A stretch of DNA of 64,000 bases from the human T2T-CHM13v2.0 reference genome, Homo sapiens. Each line of letters opens with the position of its first letter. Positions within the stretch are counted from its first letter, which is position 1. The notes below the pieces were generated by a model that was not told the DNA's origin, searched no databases, and saw nothing but the letters and a program-made list of their open reading frames with translations. Positions 22,724-52,702 of the stretch are shown here, in pieces. The position numbers were made by a program, and so were the translations under genes. The stretch lies in the NCBI RefSeq assembly GCF_009914755.1, contig NC_060926.1; one strand, given 5' to 3'.

Positions 22724-22754
<31 letters not shown>

Positions 22755-22770
22755 GTGTATATATATATAT
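22615..22770. repeat. Compound (TA)n/(CA)n/(TG)n microsatellite adjoining an Alu fragment (22770-22948, -)
   Basis: Directly visible dinucleotide runs. Confidence 0.9.
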
Positions 22771-23388
22771 CTTTGAGACAGGCTCTTGCTCTGTCACCCT
22801 TCAGCCTTAACTCCCTGGCTCAAAGTGATCCTCCCACCTCAGCCTCCTGAGTAGCTAGAACTACAAAAGTGTACCACCACCACACCTGGCAAATTAAAAG
22901 AAATTTTTTTTTGTAGAGATGAGGTCTCACTATGTTGCCCAGGCTGACTTTTGATCCCCATCAAATACTTTTGACCTTACTGATTCCCATCAAACACTTA
23001 GCAGTGTTTGTTTGTTTGTCTGTTTTAACTGAGGTATGACACAGTAATATGCGCTAATCTAAGTGTACACCATGATAAATTTTTGCATTCGTATATCAGC
23101 ATGTAACCCACCAGGCAGATTAAGTTATAGAATACATTAGCAGTGACAGACTAACCTAGTGGTTTTACTACTACCAAGTTTAGAATGAGTAAGCAGCCCA
23201 CTGTAGTATGACCTGATACATAAAATGCGAGAAAGATGCAGAGTTCTACCACAGTTTTGAGTTAGAAGTCAGAATAATAGATTTGCTATACTATCTTTTC
23301 ATGTGCTTTCTGGAGCCATGTATATAGAAACACCATGACAAAATAGATTTTAATGTTAATTAAACATGCTTTATTATATGCAAATTAA

Positions 23389-28917
<5,529 letters not shown>

Positions 28918-29056
28918 CTTGTAGTTACTTGTTTAAAAGTCAATCTATTTGAAAACTATGGTACAGATGAAAGTAACTTGATTGTTAGAAGAGAGTTTTG
29001 TCAGATTTATCTTGATAGATTAAAACAGTGCTATGAACTTGGTATGTGCCTAATTA

Positions 29057-29541
29057 CAATAGTCCCCCCTTATTCACGCTTTCGCTTTCAGTGGTTTCAG
29101 GTACCTGTGGTCAACTATGGTCTGAAAATAAGTGACTACTGCACAATAACAATTCTGAGAGAAAGGGAGAGCCATATTCACATAACTTAATGAACATGGT
29201 CTCTCCCACATTCCGGAGCAAGAGAGAGTGAGAATAGGGGAGAGGTGCCACAGACTTTTAAAGGACCAGATCTTGCAAGAACTCACTCACTATCGTGAAG
29301 ACAGCACCAAGCCATGAGGAATCTGCCCCCATGACCCAAACACAGCATATTATTATAATAGTTCTATTTTTAGTTATTGCTGCTAATCTCTTACTGTGCC
29401 TAATTTATACACTAAACTTTATCACAGGTATGTATGTATAGGAAAAAACATAGTATATTTAGGATTCGCTACTATCTTTGGTTTCAGGAGTCCCCATGTG
29501 TCTTAGAACATATCCCCTGGAAACAAAGCGGGAGACTACTA
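29057..29541. mobile_element. MER44A-like (TcMar-Tigger MITE), interrupted at ~29190-29342 by an MST LTR fragment
   Basis: TIR-like ends caatagtcccccttattc / aaagcgggagactact with TA flanks. Internal motif aatctcttactgtgcctaattta. Confidence 0.75.
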
Positions 29542-29713
29542 TAAATACATGTTAGACAATGAGAGGGATGGCTAGAGAGAAAGTGAGGGGTCACAGCAAA
29601 AACTACCCAAAGCACCACTTTCCTAAACCACCCATGTGCTAAAGTATGGAAATCATCACATTAGGGTGAGAAAGAATAAGGGTCTTCAATTGCCGCATGA
29701 AACATCAAAATCT

Positions 29714-31589
<1,876 letters not shown>

Positions 31590-31623
31590 TTACTTTATTT
31601 CATTTTATTTTAAAAGCTATTTA

Positions 31624-32874
<1,251 letters not shown>

Positions 32875-32939
32875 CTCCCCTGCATCATTTCTATTTCTTT
32901 ACTCAGGTCATGACAATGATTACAAAAAATGTTTAAAGT

Positions 32940-33685
<746 letters not shown>

Positions 33686-34510
33686 AAAGTGTTGCTTAGT
33701 TCTGAGCTCATCAAACATATATTTAATAGATATCTCTGCCATGTGATTATGTAAGTCTTGGTTTCAAGTACACTTAACTCAGGGTTTTAAAATTTCTCTT
33801 AGCAGTGGAAATCTCATCTTAAAAAATATTATGAACATTTCTAATTTATAAAATCTAAAAAAGCAGAACTTGTGTGGTGGAAGAAGGGAGGGCCAGACAG
33901 TGAGCTCAGCAGTCCTATTACTAGCTCCTCAGACCTCCCCTGGAATATTCAGGAGGACCTGATCCATCTCTAGGGAACCTTGGGGCACTGAGGAACACAG
34001 TTTGTACAACAGAACACATATTCTATTTTTCATCCACTCTACATAGAATGGCAGGGCAGAAAGGGACATTCTTAGAGGTCTGATTCTTTCTAAACAATTA
34101 ATAGTTCTGAAAAATAGCTTTGAAATTTTTTCTAGATAACTGGTTCTCTCTTCTGAGTGCCTGACTTGTTCTCAGTTCCTGGAAATTTCAAAATGAGTGG
34201 TGACATTTATCAGTGGCATATGTTGAGGCCATGTCCAGATCATTCCATCTTTAATTCCTCTTGCTGTCTACTGACATCCGGCTTCCTCTGCATTTTCACT
34301 TATCTGTGTAACTAAAGAGCTAAGCTATGATTCTAAAGATGATGCTTGTGTGACAACTCTCCACAAGTACTATTTCAAATCTGAATATATATATTCTTAC
34401 AACCCAGGCAGCAAATAGTGATAAGTTCCAATGCAATAAAAGATGCAATGCTGTGAGAATAAGTAACCCTTCTTTTTTGTGACCCTGAGTTGCATTTCCA
34501 GGAGTTGTAG

Positions 34511-38442
<3,932 letters not shown>

Positions 38443-38704
38443 ATCTTGCTCTATTTCTCAGGGTTCTCTGAACTGAGTCCGCTGCCCAGTGGGGCCAGTC
38501 TCCTCATTCTTTTAACTTCTCATTCTTTGTCCAAGCAAGCTACATTGTTTTCCTCCCTATGTAAAATGTCAAATTGGTATTTATTTTCCACTGTATCACC
38601 TTGATTGTCCTTTTGGGTGGATTTATTTTGTGTCCTCAACAGATTATTAAGGACAAAGGCAGTGACAAGACTACCTCCTGGCATCATGTACTACCCACAG
38701 CTTT

Positions 38705-39101
38705 TTATGAACTGAGCACTTGTGTCCCCTCCCCCAATCCCTCCATTCATTTGTTGAAGCTTGAATCCCTAGTGTGGCTGTGTTTGGAGACAGGGCCTCT
38801 AAGGAAGTAATTAAGGTTAAGCAAGGTCTTAAGGGTGGGGCCCTGATGGATAGGATTAGTGCCTCATAAGAGACACCAGAGAACTCATTCTCTCTCCTCA
38901 AGCGTGCTGAGGAAAGGCCATGTGTAAACATAGTAAGAAGGAGGCTGCCTGCTAGCCAGAAAGAGAACCCTCACCAGAAATCGATTTGGTGAGAACTCTG
39001 ATCTTGGACTTCTAGCCTCCAGAACTGCAAGAAAACAATTTTCTGTTATTTGAGCCACCCAGGCTATATAGTATTTTGCAATGGCAGCCCAAGCTAATAC
39101 A
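38705..39101 (+). mobile_element. MaLR solo LTR (MSTC/D or MLT1A-like)
   Basis: ggaagtaattaaggttaa...ggtggggccctgat...gatcttggacttctagcctccagaactg...ctaataca. Confidence 0.8.
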
Positions 39102-40227
39102 TGGGTGTTGATTGAAAACATGGCCCCTATGCTGGGCGCTAGAGTGGAGTTTCAAGCTGGGCATGTGTACACTGCTCCTGCATGAAAAGGTAATTAACTT
39201 TGGTTTTGGGTTCAAAACTAAATCTTCCTTTATTGCTACCATTTAGTAATTCCCATCCTTTACTCTGTTGTGACAGCATCCTCCCAAGTGTGGACATCCT
39301 CCCAAGCTCTGAACCACAAACAAATCTCTTACCTTCTTTTCTACACTGCCTTCTGGCATCGTATCAGATGCCAAGCCTTAGAGAATCTGCTGTCTCAAGA
39401 CCTCTTATATTAATATCTCCTGTCACCCTTTATTACCCTGGCATAGGCTCTTGCCTCTTGCTTGTTCTTCTCATTTCCAGTCTTCATCTGGTATGCAGAG
39501 GAGGAAAGGGAGGCTCAGAAGAAACACATGCCAGGTTGCACAACTGACCAATAACTAGGGTTCAAACCCAGTTCAATTTTGCCCAAATCCAGCATACTTT
39601 CCACTAGACCTGTTTAGTACTCTTTCCATCTTGCTAAAATCTACACTGTTCTGCTTTGTACTATGGTTATTTGTGAAGCTGTCTTATGCCTATTATCAGT
39701 GTGTAAGCTCTTTGAGGGTAGGCTGTCTTGATCTTCCTGATATCCCAGGCAATGGCTAAGCCAGCGCCTTGCACTGTGTAGGCACTTCCAGAATAGGTAA
39801 TGACTCTAAAGTGGGAGATAATGGTCACAATGGTGATATAGACATAGCAGCTTAGGAGAGAGACAGATTTAAAGAAAGCCTGTAGGAGAAGGAAGAGATG
39901 ATTTTGAGTTGGGCTTGAGGTGATGAAGGAATTTGGATAGATTGAGAGGAAGGGTTGGTGTGAGGTGGGCTTCAATGTCATGGGTTTGGAGTTGAATCTG
40001 TGGAAGGAGGCTGCTTTGGAAGGGGCCCTGGCGTTTCTGCATCAGGTCTAGTTGTGCATAGTGAGCAAGTTACTTAACTTTTTTAAGGGCTGGTTTTCTA
40101 ACATATAAAGTGGGAATAATGGAGTGTCATTTGGAATTAAGAGCAGAATAATGAGATAATACATGTGAAGGACTTAGCACGTTGTATCATCTATTATTAA
40201 TAATAAACACTTAAAATGTTAGCAATA

Positions 40228-40600
<373 letters not shown>

Positions 40601-41119
40601 TTATTTACACTCATAGATAATGACATTGCTGCTGACAAAAACCAAAATTATCTAAAAGCACCAATACATTCATAGGAATACTTGGTTACTATAATTTTCC
40701 TTACAAATGGATACCAGGAGCCCCTCTATATATTTTACCCTTACCAGGGATTCTCATAGTCAAAAATTTCAGAAACCAAACTGTTGGGAAGCAGGATAGT
40801 GCTATACATATTCTGGGTAGAGCTAACTTGGCTGAATCAGAGATCTGGATTTTGGGAACAGGCTAACCTGGTGAAAATCCCTGCTCCACTTCCAGGCTGT
40901 GCTTTTAAGGAATTTGGACATACTCCTTATCTTTCAGTACTTTGCTTTCCTTACCTAAAAGGAGGATAACATTCCTTCAAGGCTGTAAATAGAGTGCTGT
41001 GTGTAAAGCACTCGGCACAACGCGTTTGTGTGGGGGAGACACAGTATGTGCATAAGAATTGGTAGATGATGATGGTGATGTTTATGAAAATCCAATCATG
41101 AATAGCCGGAGGCCACTGT

Positions 41120-41278
41120 TGTCAACGAGTGATCCCTGTAACAGCGACGTTAGCTACACTGAGAACTTACACATGCACATTCTCAGGCCCATTGCAGACC
41201 TCCTGAAACGAGAACTCGGGAGGCAGGGCCAGGCAATTGGCACTTTGCCTGAAGCACTCACGTTTTGAGAACACCTGT
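41120..41278. mobile_element. MER5A-like fragment
   Basis: atgcacattctcaggccc...cagacctcctgaa...ttttgagaacacctg. Confidence 0.55.
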
Positions 41279-42447
41279 CAGGTAACAGGGAACCACTGAA
41301 AGTTTTTGGACGGTGGAGGAATGCGATATAAATGACTGTTGATTCACTGGCATTAAAGTGCCTAACTACCGACTGGCTTCCGAGGTTGCCGGAAGAAACC
41401 TGTTGGTTGATCCTTAGTGATCTCCAGGTTACAAAATGCGGGTTGGTACTAAGGGCCCCAAACACAGTGCTCACCTACCGAGCGCAGCCAGGAGCGCAGC
41501 GCCAGACAATTACAGGAGCTGTTTTGGATATGGCCGGGCAGCCCAGCGATGCTCAGCGAATCCCACAACTACAACCACAACCGTACCACACATTTAGCCT
41601 GCAAAAGCAGAGAAAGGAAAAGAAAACCGTGCAGGGAAGCCGGAAACGAGGGACTTAAGGGTCTCCTCTCTAGGGTGTGGGAGAGTGGGGGATGGGGCGA
41701 ATGGGGCGAGGAGGGGGCGAGGATCGAGGGAGGCCCCTCCTCCGCTCGGCAACACCCGGTTCGGGTCCCTCTAGAGCCGGGACGCGGCCGGCGGGACACA
41801 CCCTTGCCCTGGGAGACGCGAGGGTCCATGGCCTCTTAGTGTCGGTCCAGCTCAGTTTCGTGTCATTTGTTGTTAGCGCGAGGTAGGGGCGTTTCCCCAC
41901 CCCAGCTCCTCCCCGGGGAAATCCCAGCCCGCTTCCTCCCCGCTCCTGCAGTTTTCGGGAGCGCCGTGCGGGGTCGAGCGCGGAGGCCGCACCCTGGGCG
42001 CCGGGCGTCGTGTCGGGACCGCTGCCCGCGCTGCCCGCCGGCGCGGCCATTGTTCGAGCCCCACCCCTGATGAATATTCACGCCGCGCGGGCGCCTCGGC
42101 CCGCGCCCTACCCGGCAGGGCTCGGGGTGTGAGTGCGTTTCCGCCGGTTTTTCCTGCCTGAGGAGGAAAGGGGGAGCTGTTTTCTCTCTCCTCAGAATAT
42201 ATTTTTGGTGTCCCGTTTCTCCTCCTCCAGCGCCGCCGCCGCCCCCTCCCTCCCCACCTCGCTCCCCGCCTCCGCCTCCGCCTCCCGGGTTATCTTTGTC
42301 TCGCTGCCTCGCGCTCACTCGCTCAACTCTCGGCGCCGCCGCGGCCCCACGCTCCGGGCCCGTCCTCGAGGCGCGCGGCGCGGGGCGCGGGCGCCGGGGC
42401 CTGAGGCGGCGGGCGACGCCCGGGGGCCTGACGGCCGGCCCCGCGCC

Positions 42448-42456
42448 ATGGTGTGA
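42448..42456 (+). promoter_or_regulatory. Minimal uORF (Met-Val-stop) in strong Kozak context
   Basis: ccgcgccATGGTGTGA, 245 nt upstream of the main ATG and out of frame with it. Relevant only if the TSS lies upstream of 42448. Confidence 0.6.
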
Positions 42457-42692
42457 GCGCCGCCGCCCGTGCACGCTCCGTCCGCCCTCCGCGCGGCCCG
42501 GCCGGCAGAGAGCCCCGAGCGGCCCGAGAGCGCAGCCGAGCCCGCCGCCGCCGCCCGCGGCCCCGCGAGGAGAGTACCGGGCCGGCCCGGCTGCCGCGCG
42601 AGGAGCGCGGTCGGCGGCCTGGTCTGCGGCTGAGATACACAGAGCGACAGAGACATTTATTGTTATTTGTTTTTTGGTGGCAAAAAGGGAAA

Positions 42693-42749
42693 ATGGCGAA
42701 CGACTCCCCTGCAAAAAGTCTGGTGGACATCGACCTCTCCTCCCTGCGG
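42693..42749 (+). CDS. MAP4K4: MAP4K4 (HGK; STE20/GCK-IV kinase) coding exon 1
   Basis: ATG at 42693 (gaaaATGG) encodes MANDSPAKSLVDIDLSSLR, the MAP4K4 N-terminus as I recall it. It is followed by a canonical donor CGG|gtgagt at 42750 (phase 0). Confidence 0.97.
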
Positions 42750-43333
<584 letters not shown>

Positions 43334-45926
43334 TAAAAGACCTCATTTCCTGGCTTTGAGATAAGGAAATAAGCTACACTCTTAGGCATGCACTTTACTT
43401 CGATAAAATGGAAAAGCATTTTTTAAAAATAAGACAACCTGAATTTTTTCTTTTTTTCCCCAAATCCGGCCTTCTGAGTTTGTGTGTAAATTGAAATACA
43501 GTGGAGGCGGGCCTTGCCTCTGACGATCCTAAACCACTGCTTTGGCCATCGTGAAAATTGTCATCATGTTTCAGCCTCCACTCAGTGCTTGCCAGTTGCT
43601 CAAGGTGGGGAGTTTGGCGTTACCTGGGAATACTTTATAACTGTGGTTGTCATCCTTTCTATTGATGGATACGTATTTTGGGGAAGCAGGGAGGAGTGTG
43701 TGTTTGGGCAACAGCAGCAGGAAGAATTACAGTGTGGGGATTATAAAATCTGAATTCCAGGAATAACCTGTTTGACAGCTGTGTAATTGAAACAGAAATG
43801 ACAGAGAGCGAAGAGAATATAGAGGATGCCCTGGTTTACACCCACCCAGGTCTTTCTCTTTTTTCAAAATTTTAACACCCACCCTCCACCCCAGCGATAA
43901 ATGAAACTAGCAAATCTGGAGACTGAGTCTGCGCTGAGTAGCTGACACCTGATGTGACTAACAGTGTTCATTTTATACATTGTACAGTCTAGAGATTATG
44001 AAAGATGTGTAGGGAATGGAGGCGCAGGCCTTGAAAATTCAGAACGGAATGTTAAATTTTTCCTGTCTTAATTTGTTTCTCATTACTGAACGTTTTCTAA
44101 AAGTTTAATCTGCACTGGGGGAGTGTTCTGTTAGAGTCGGTACAAGGTTAGGGAAGCAGGGCTCTGTGGTTCACCATGAAGAATTGTCATTGTCTCATTA
44201 AAAATGGGTGGAGTTGGGGGGGTTGGAAGCCGACTGTAGACCTTTTCTTAGGCTAGATTAAGTGTGGATCTTATTGTCTCTTTTCTGCGTTGTGAGTAGA
44301 GTTTATCTATCACTTGAACGCCTCTCCTTAGCCTAGACTTCTAGCCTGGGTAGTGTACTGTACTGGACTGTGGTCCGAACTTGGGTCAGTATTCTTAGGT
44401 GATCTCAAGTGTATTAGCTTGTGTTTTGTTGGTTAACTGTTCGGGCCGGGGCCAGATTTTTGAATTTGAAAGAGAGCCCCGTTAACTCAGCTTGCCCGGC
44501 TCAACTGAATTTGGAAGGCTTTGGAAAATTTTGGAAAAGATTGTGTTGCAACTCACTGAGTGGTTGGTAACTGGCTAAAAGACATTCTCCCCGGTCTGTT
44601 GTTTGTTTAAGCACCAGTCATTTTTTTTCTAACCCAGTTTTTTCTCGCCAAATTAAATGGTGATTGTAGTCTTCCAAGTGAATTAGCCAGAGCTTGTTTT
44701 TGACCTGGCTACACAGTAGTTGGATTGTTTGTGTCTTACTTGGTCAGCATGGATGTTAAGGGCAGAGAAGTAAGCTAGAAGGCGATATAGTCTTTAAACC
44801 TTAAGAGAAAGGAAAGAATGAAACCCCAGTTTGTCTTTATTGGTTTTAAGAGGTGGGAGCTGTTTATGGTAAGAGTTTAGTCAGGTTCATTGTTATTTCC
44901 CCTCATTGCCATTTTGGTTCCATTCCCCGCAACCTTCCCGAGCTTTTGAACTAGGTTTGCTGAGCGCTAGCTACGTTTGGTAGGTATTTGGGATACTGGC
45001 ATGACACAGCTCTCTGACTACAAAGTCGGTACAGTTGAGAATTTCTCTAATTATGCAAACCTAGGGAATTAAATCTGTGCAAAAGTTGCCTACAGTCCAG
45101 AACAAAATAGTGCCTGAGATTTTGCTCATAAGCAGTTACATTTTTATATTATTATGGAAAATTTCAAACATAAAGACTAGAGAGCTCAGTTTATCAGCAG
45201 ATGACTAATCTTTTCTCATCTGTATTCTTCTTTTCCTCCTTTATTTTAATGTAAACCCCAAATGCTATTTCAGCTGTAAATACTTTAGAATGTTTCTTTT
45301 TTACACAATCACATTGTTGTTATCACACTTAGAAAAATGTCATATATTCACTATTAACGTTTTCTTGATTGTCTCATACATCAGTAAAATGTGTTTTTTT
45401 TTTTTTTTACTATAACAAGTTCTTTAATGTTTACAAGCGGGTACTGGGAACTTCAATCTTAGAAGTGGTGAAAATAGCAGAACATCTCTTTTTTTCCTCT
45501 TTTTAACTATTTAATTTCTAGAACCATTTACAATTATGTGTAGGAGTTAATTTAGGATTTTTGTTGGTATGATTTGCTTGTGGTAGATTTGGGATTACAT
45601 TATTAACACTTTAGAGTTTGTTTATTGCTGCTAAACATCCTTTAGGATGAATAGCATTAAAGTTTGAGAAATACTTGTTGCTGAATTGTTATTTATAAAA
45701 AGGTCTTTATTTTTAAACATAATTTCAGGTAAAAAAAATCTGTAAGCTGAACAACTTGTCCTAATTTATTTTAGTGTCATATTTTCTATTTTTCATTAGC
45801 GCAGATGTTGCTTATTTTGAGGCAACTATATTTACATGAAGTGAGTGAGTTGAAAAGAGGGAGTTTTCTGAGATTTGATATGTCGTATGAAATAGCTTCT
45901 TTTGGGGCGAACGACTCTCCTGCAAA

Positions 45927-46155
45927 ACTGTGCTAATGGTAGACCCCTCATTTATGGAAGAAAGGGAGGGGGAGGGGTGTGTGTGGCAGTAGGGCTAAGA
46001 GTGACCTTTGGGAATGGTAGAAAGGTTAGGGAGTAGTGGGAATTTCAAGGAGATGTTATTTGGACTTGAGGAGAGACATCTTCTTTAAGCATTGAGGAGC
46101 CACTGAAAGGTTTTGTTGGAATTGGGGATCCCTGAGAGTAGGGGACTTGATCCAG
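45927..46155 (+). repeat. Direct duplication copy 1 (229 bp)
   Basis: About 95% identical to 47498-47734 (roughly 8 substitutions plus one short indel region). Confidence 0.95.
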
Positions 46156-46427
46156 TTTTTTGGGGATAACTTCTAATTTTCTGTGTCTCTGACAACAGTG
46201 GTAAATGGTCTGGTATAGTTGAACAGTATGTAACTTCATCTTAAAAGAAGGAGGTGAAAAACGGGGTGTATTCTGTTTAGAGAAATTTATTTTCACCCTT
46301 AGGTTTTTGAGAGACGGATACTCATAAACTTAAAATTGTAAATTTCTCTTCACAAGGTTACATTCAGAGTACCATATATTTATAAGAGAAGTGTCTGGTA
46401 TGATCAGTGAGGAGAATGATAGTGTGA

Positions 46428-49390
<2,963 letters not shown>

Positions 49391-51721
49391 GAGTCAGGGT
49401 AAAGTTTTTAGACATACAGGGAAAGATGACTAGGAAGAAAATGGAGAAGGCCAAGGTAATCTTGTATTTATTACCAGTGACCATTGTGGCAGCAATGGTT
49501 GTTAGGTTTTATAATGTTATATCACTGCTCACCAAACAGAATTTGTTCTTTTGTTATGGAGCAGGTTCAGTAATAAGAGTTGGTGAGTATTATTCAGAAG
49601 AGAAGCTGCCTCTTGGGTTGAGTAATTAATAAAGTGATTCATTGGGAGGTAGTTTTTGTCTGTAAGAATCTCTAAGGAATGATCACAATGATAAGTTTTA
49701 GGACATCCCGTTTTAAAAACTGGACTCTTACAAACTTTGTTATCTAGATAGCATTAGGTATAACTAAATTGGGGAGACAAAAGTGAAAAACGATTAACCA
49801 TATAAGGGTGGTTTCATGCAGGTACTGTGGATGTGTGCTGGGCCCTGTTCTGAGAGTTAGATACACAGTGGTAAATGAAGCCGATGATATATCTACCCTT
49901 ATGGAACTCAAGAAAAACAGGGGGATGGACACAAAATGCCAGCTGTGGGATGTCAGTCATACATTCTGTGTTGTCTGCATCTCCCTGGGTTCCCTGCCCA
50001 GCACACTTGTGTTCAGACACAATGAATGCACTGACACATGGAAACAGCACATACTGCAATGTGTTCATTTTAAGTGGCTCAACCTCATCAGCAGGGCTTC
50101 TCTGTGCTTTAAATTACAGTAAAAACAAATGAAAAGTGAAATGAAAAGGTAGACATATAGAATATCAGTCTACTTTTTTTACTCGTAGAATCAAAAGACA
50201 TTTTCCCATGTCAAATTGCTGTAAAAGTTTTTGTTTTTGTTTTCTTTTTAAAAAAGTATAAGAAACTCAGGTGATATAAAAGTTTTTATATACTTTTAAT
50301 TTCAGAAATGATCTTGCTGTGGTCAGCAGACCACACTTTGAGGAACACTGAACTGGCAGGATTGAATTTGTAGCAGGGCTCTTAGTAAACTGTGGGTGGT
50401 TGGTGTGTTAGTGAGCTGGAGAATTGAGGACTGTTGTTTGTGCCTAGTATTTGGTTCTCCCACCCTTTGAACATTGGGGAGCTACAGCAGGTGCTGCTTA
50501 CAGCTTTATGCTTTAGTGCCAAAACGTCTTTGACCCCTGTGCTTTGGAACTGTCTCAGATATGGCTAAATATGAACAAGTTATCCTATTAAATTTAAATA
50601 AATGAAAGAAAAACCCCACTTTTACATTATAACTTTAAAAAATCCTTCATATGATAAATAGGGCCTTAACTTACCAGTTATGAATCGATAGTTATAATCA
50701 AATGATACTAAAGCGCTCATACCAAAAGTCAGAGTCATCCTGTTCTCCAGAAGCATGTTTTCAGTGCTTTTAGCTGCTACATCTGAAATTTATTGCTATA
50801 TTTGTAAATTATGTACTTATGTGGCTAGTTCATTTATCAGTTTTATACATTTATTGACGTCCTCTAGCAGTAGTTGTAGTTATTGAACTAGTTAGTTCAA
50901 TAGTAGTTGAATATTTAACTCCTATACTTGCTGCCTCCCTTAAGTGGGCATACCATAATTTTGGGTTAAAGTGATAGTTGTTTCTTTTATCATGACTATG
51001 TAAATACCATTTATATGTGAGCTAAACAGTCTCATACGATTACATTTCCTTTTTTAAACAACACCCCTGCCCCCACATCGCTTTTAGTTTTTCATTTGCT
51101 TAGTTTTCTTTGTACCTATCATCACCTTCCTCCTCAGATACCCTAAAAGGTATAACAAATGCCTAACAAAGTTTAGTCTTTATCACATTTTCCAAATGCT
51201 TAATTTAACACCACACGTCAGATAATTTATTGTTGCAAGATAACCTGTTGATTTCAATTTTTTCTCCCTGGAGTTTCCTCATAGCTATGCAGGTATGGTT
51301 GCCCCTGGACCTGGCATGTAGCTATTATTGTCCTGGAATGTCTGTTTCCTGGATACTGCAGTCTTCCTTTTTGGTTTACTATCTTACTTTCCTGAAGCAC
51401 ATCCTCTAGTAGTTTTAAAAGAAAGGGTATATGGGTATTAAGGTTTTAAGTCCTTGTATGGCTGAAAATCCCTTTTTCTTATCACTGCCTCATCTTCTCT
51501 TGTCTGGAACATAACTGCTTTCGATTTCTTTAGGGACTAAATCTCTGGTTTCCTGTGGGTATGGAGTGATGTGAGGCAGTTACCAGACTGTGTAAGGCAG
51601 AGAAAGGGGACCTGGGGCTTTCAACCACTAAATATGCAAACTTTCATCAGTTCTGATTTTGGCCTTGCACCTCACTTGGTATTGGTTTATTCCAAATGAT
51701 GACCTTGTCAGGGTTTTGTAG

Positions 51722-52702
<981 letters not shown>

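Noticed and set aside
50881-50902. Perfect hairpin tattgaacta-gt-tagttcaata
   Set aside because: Short and AT-rich, within old L1-like sequence. Too small for a pre-miRNA and not clearly beyond chance.
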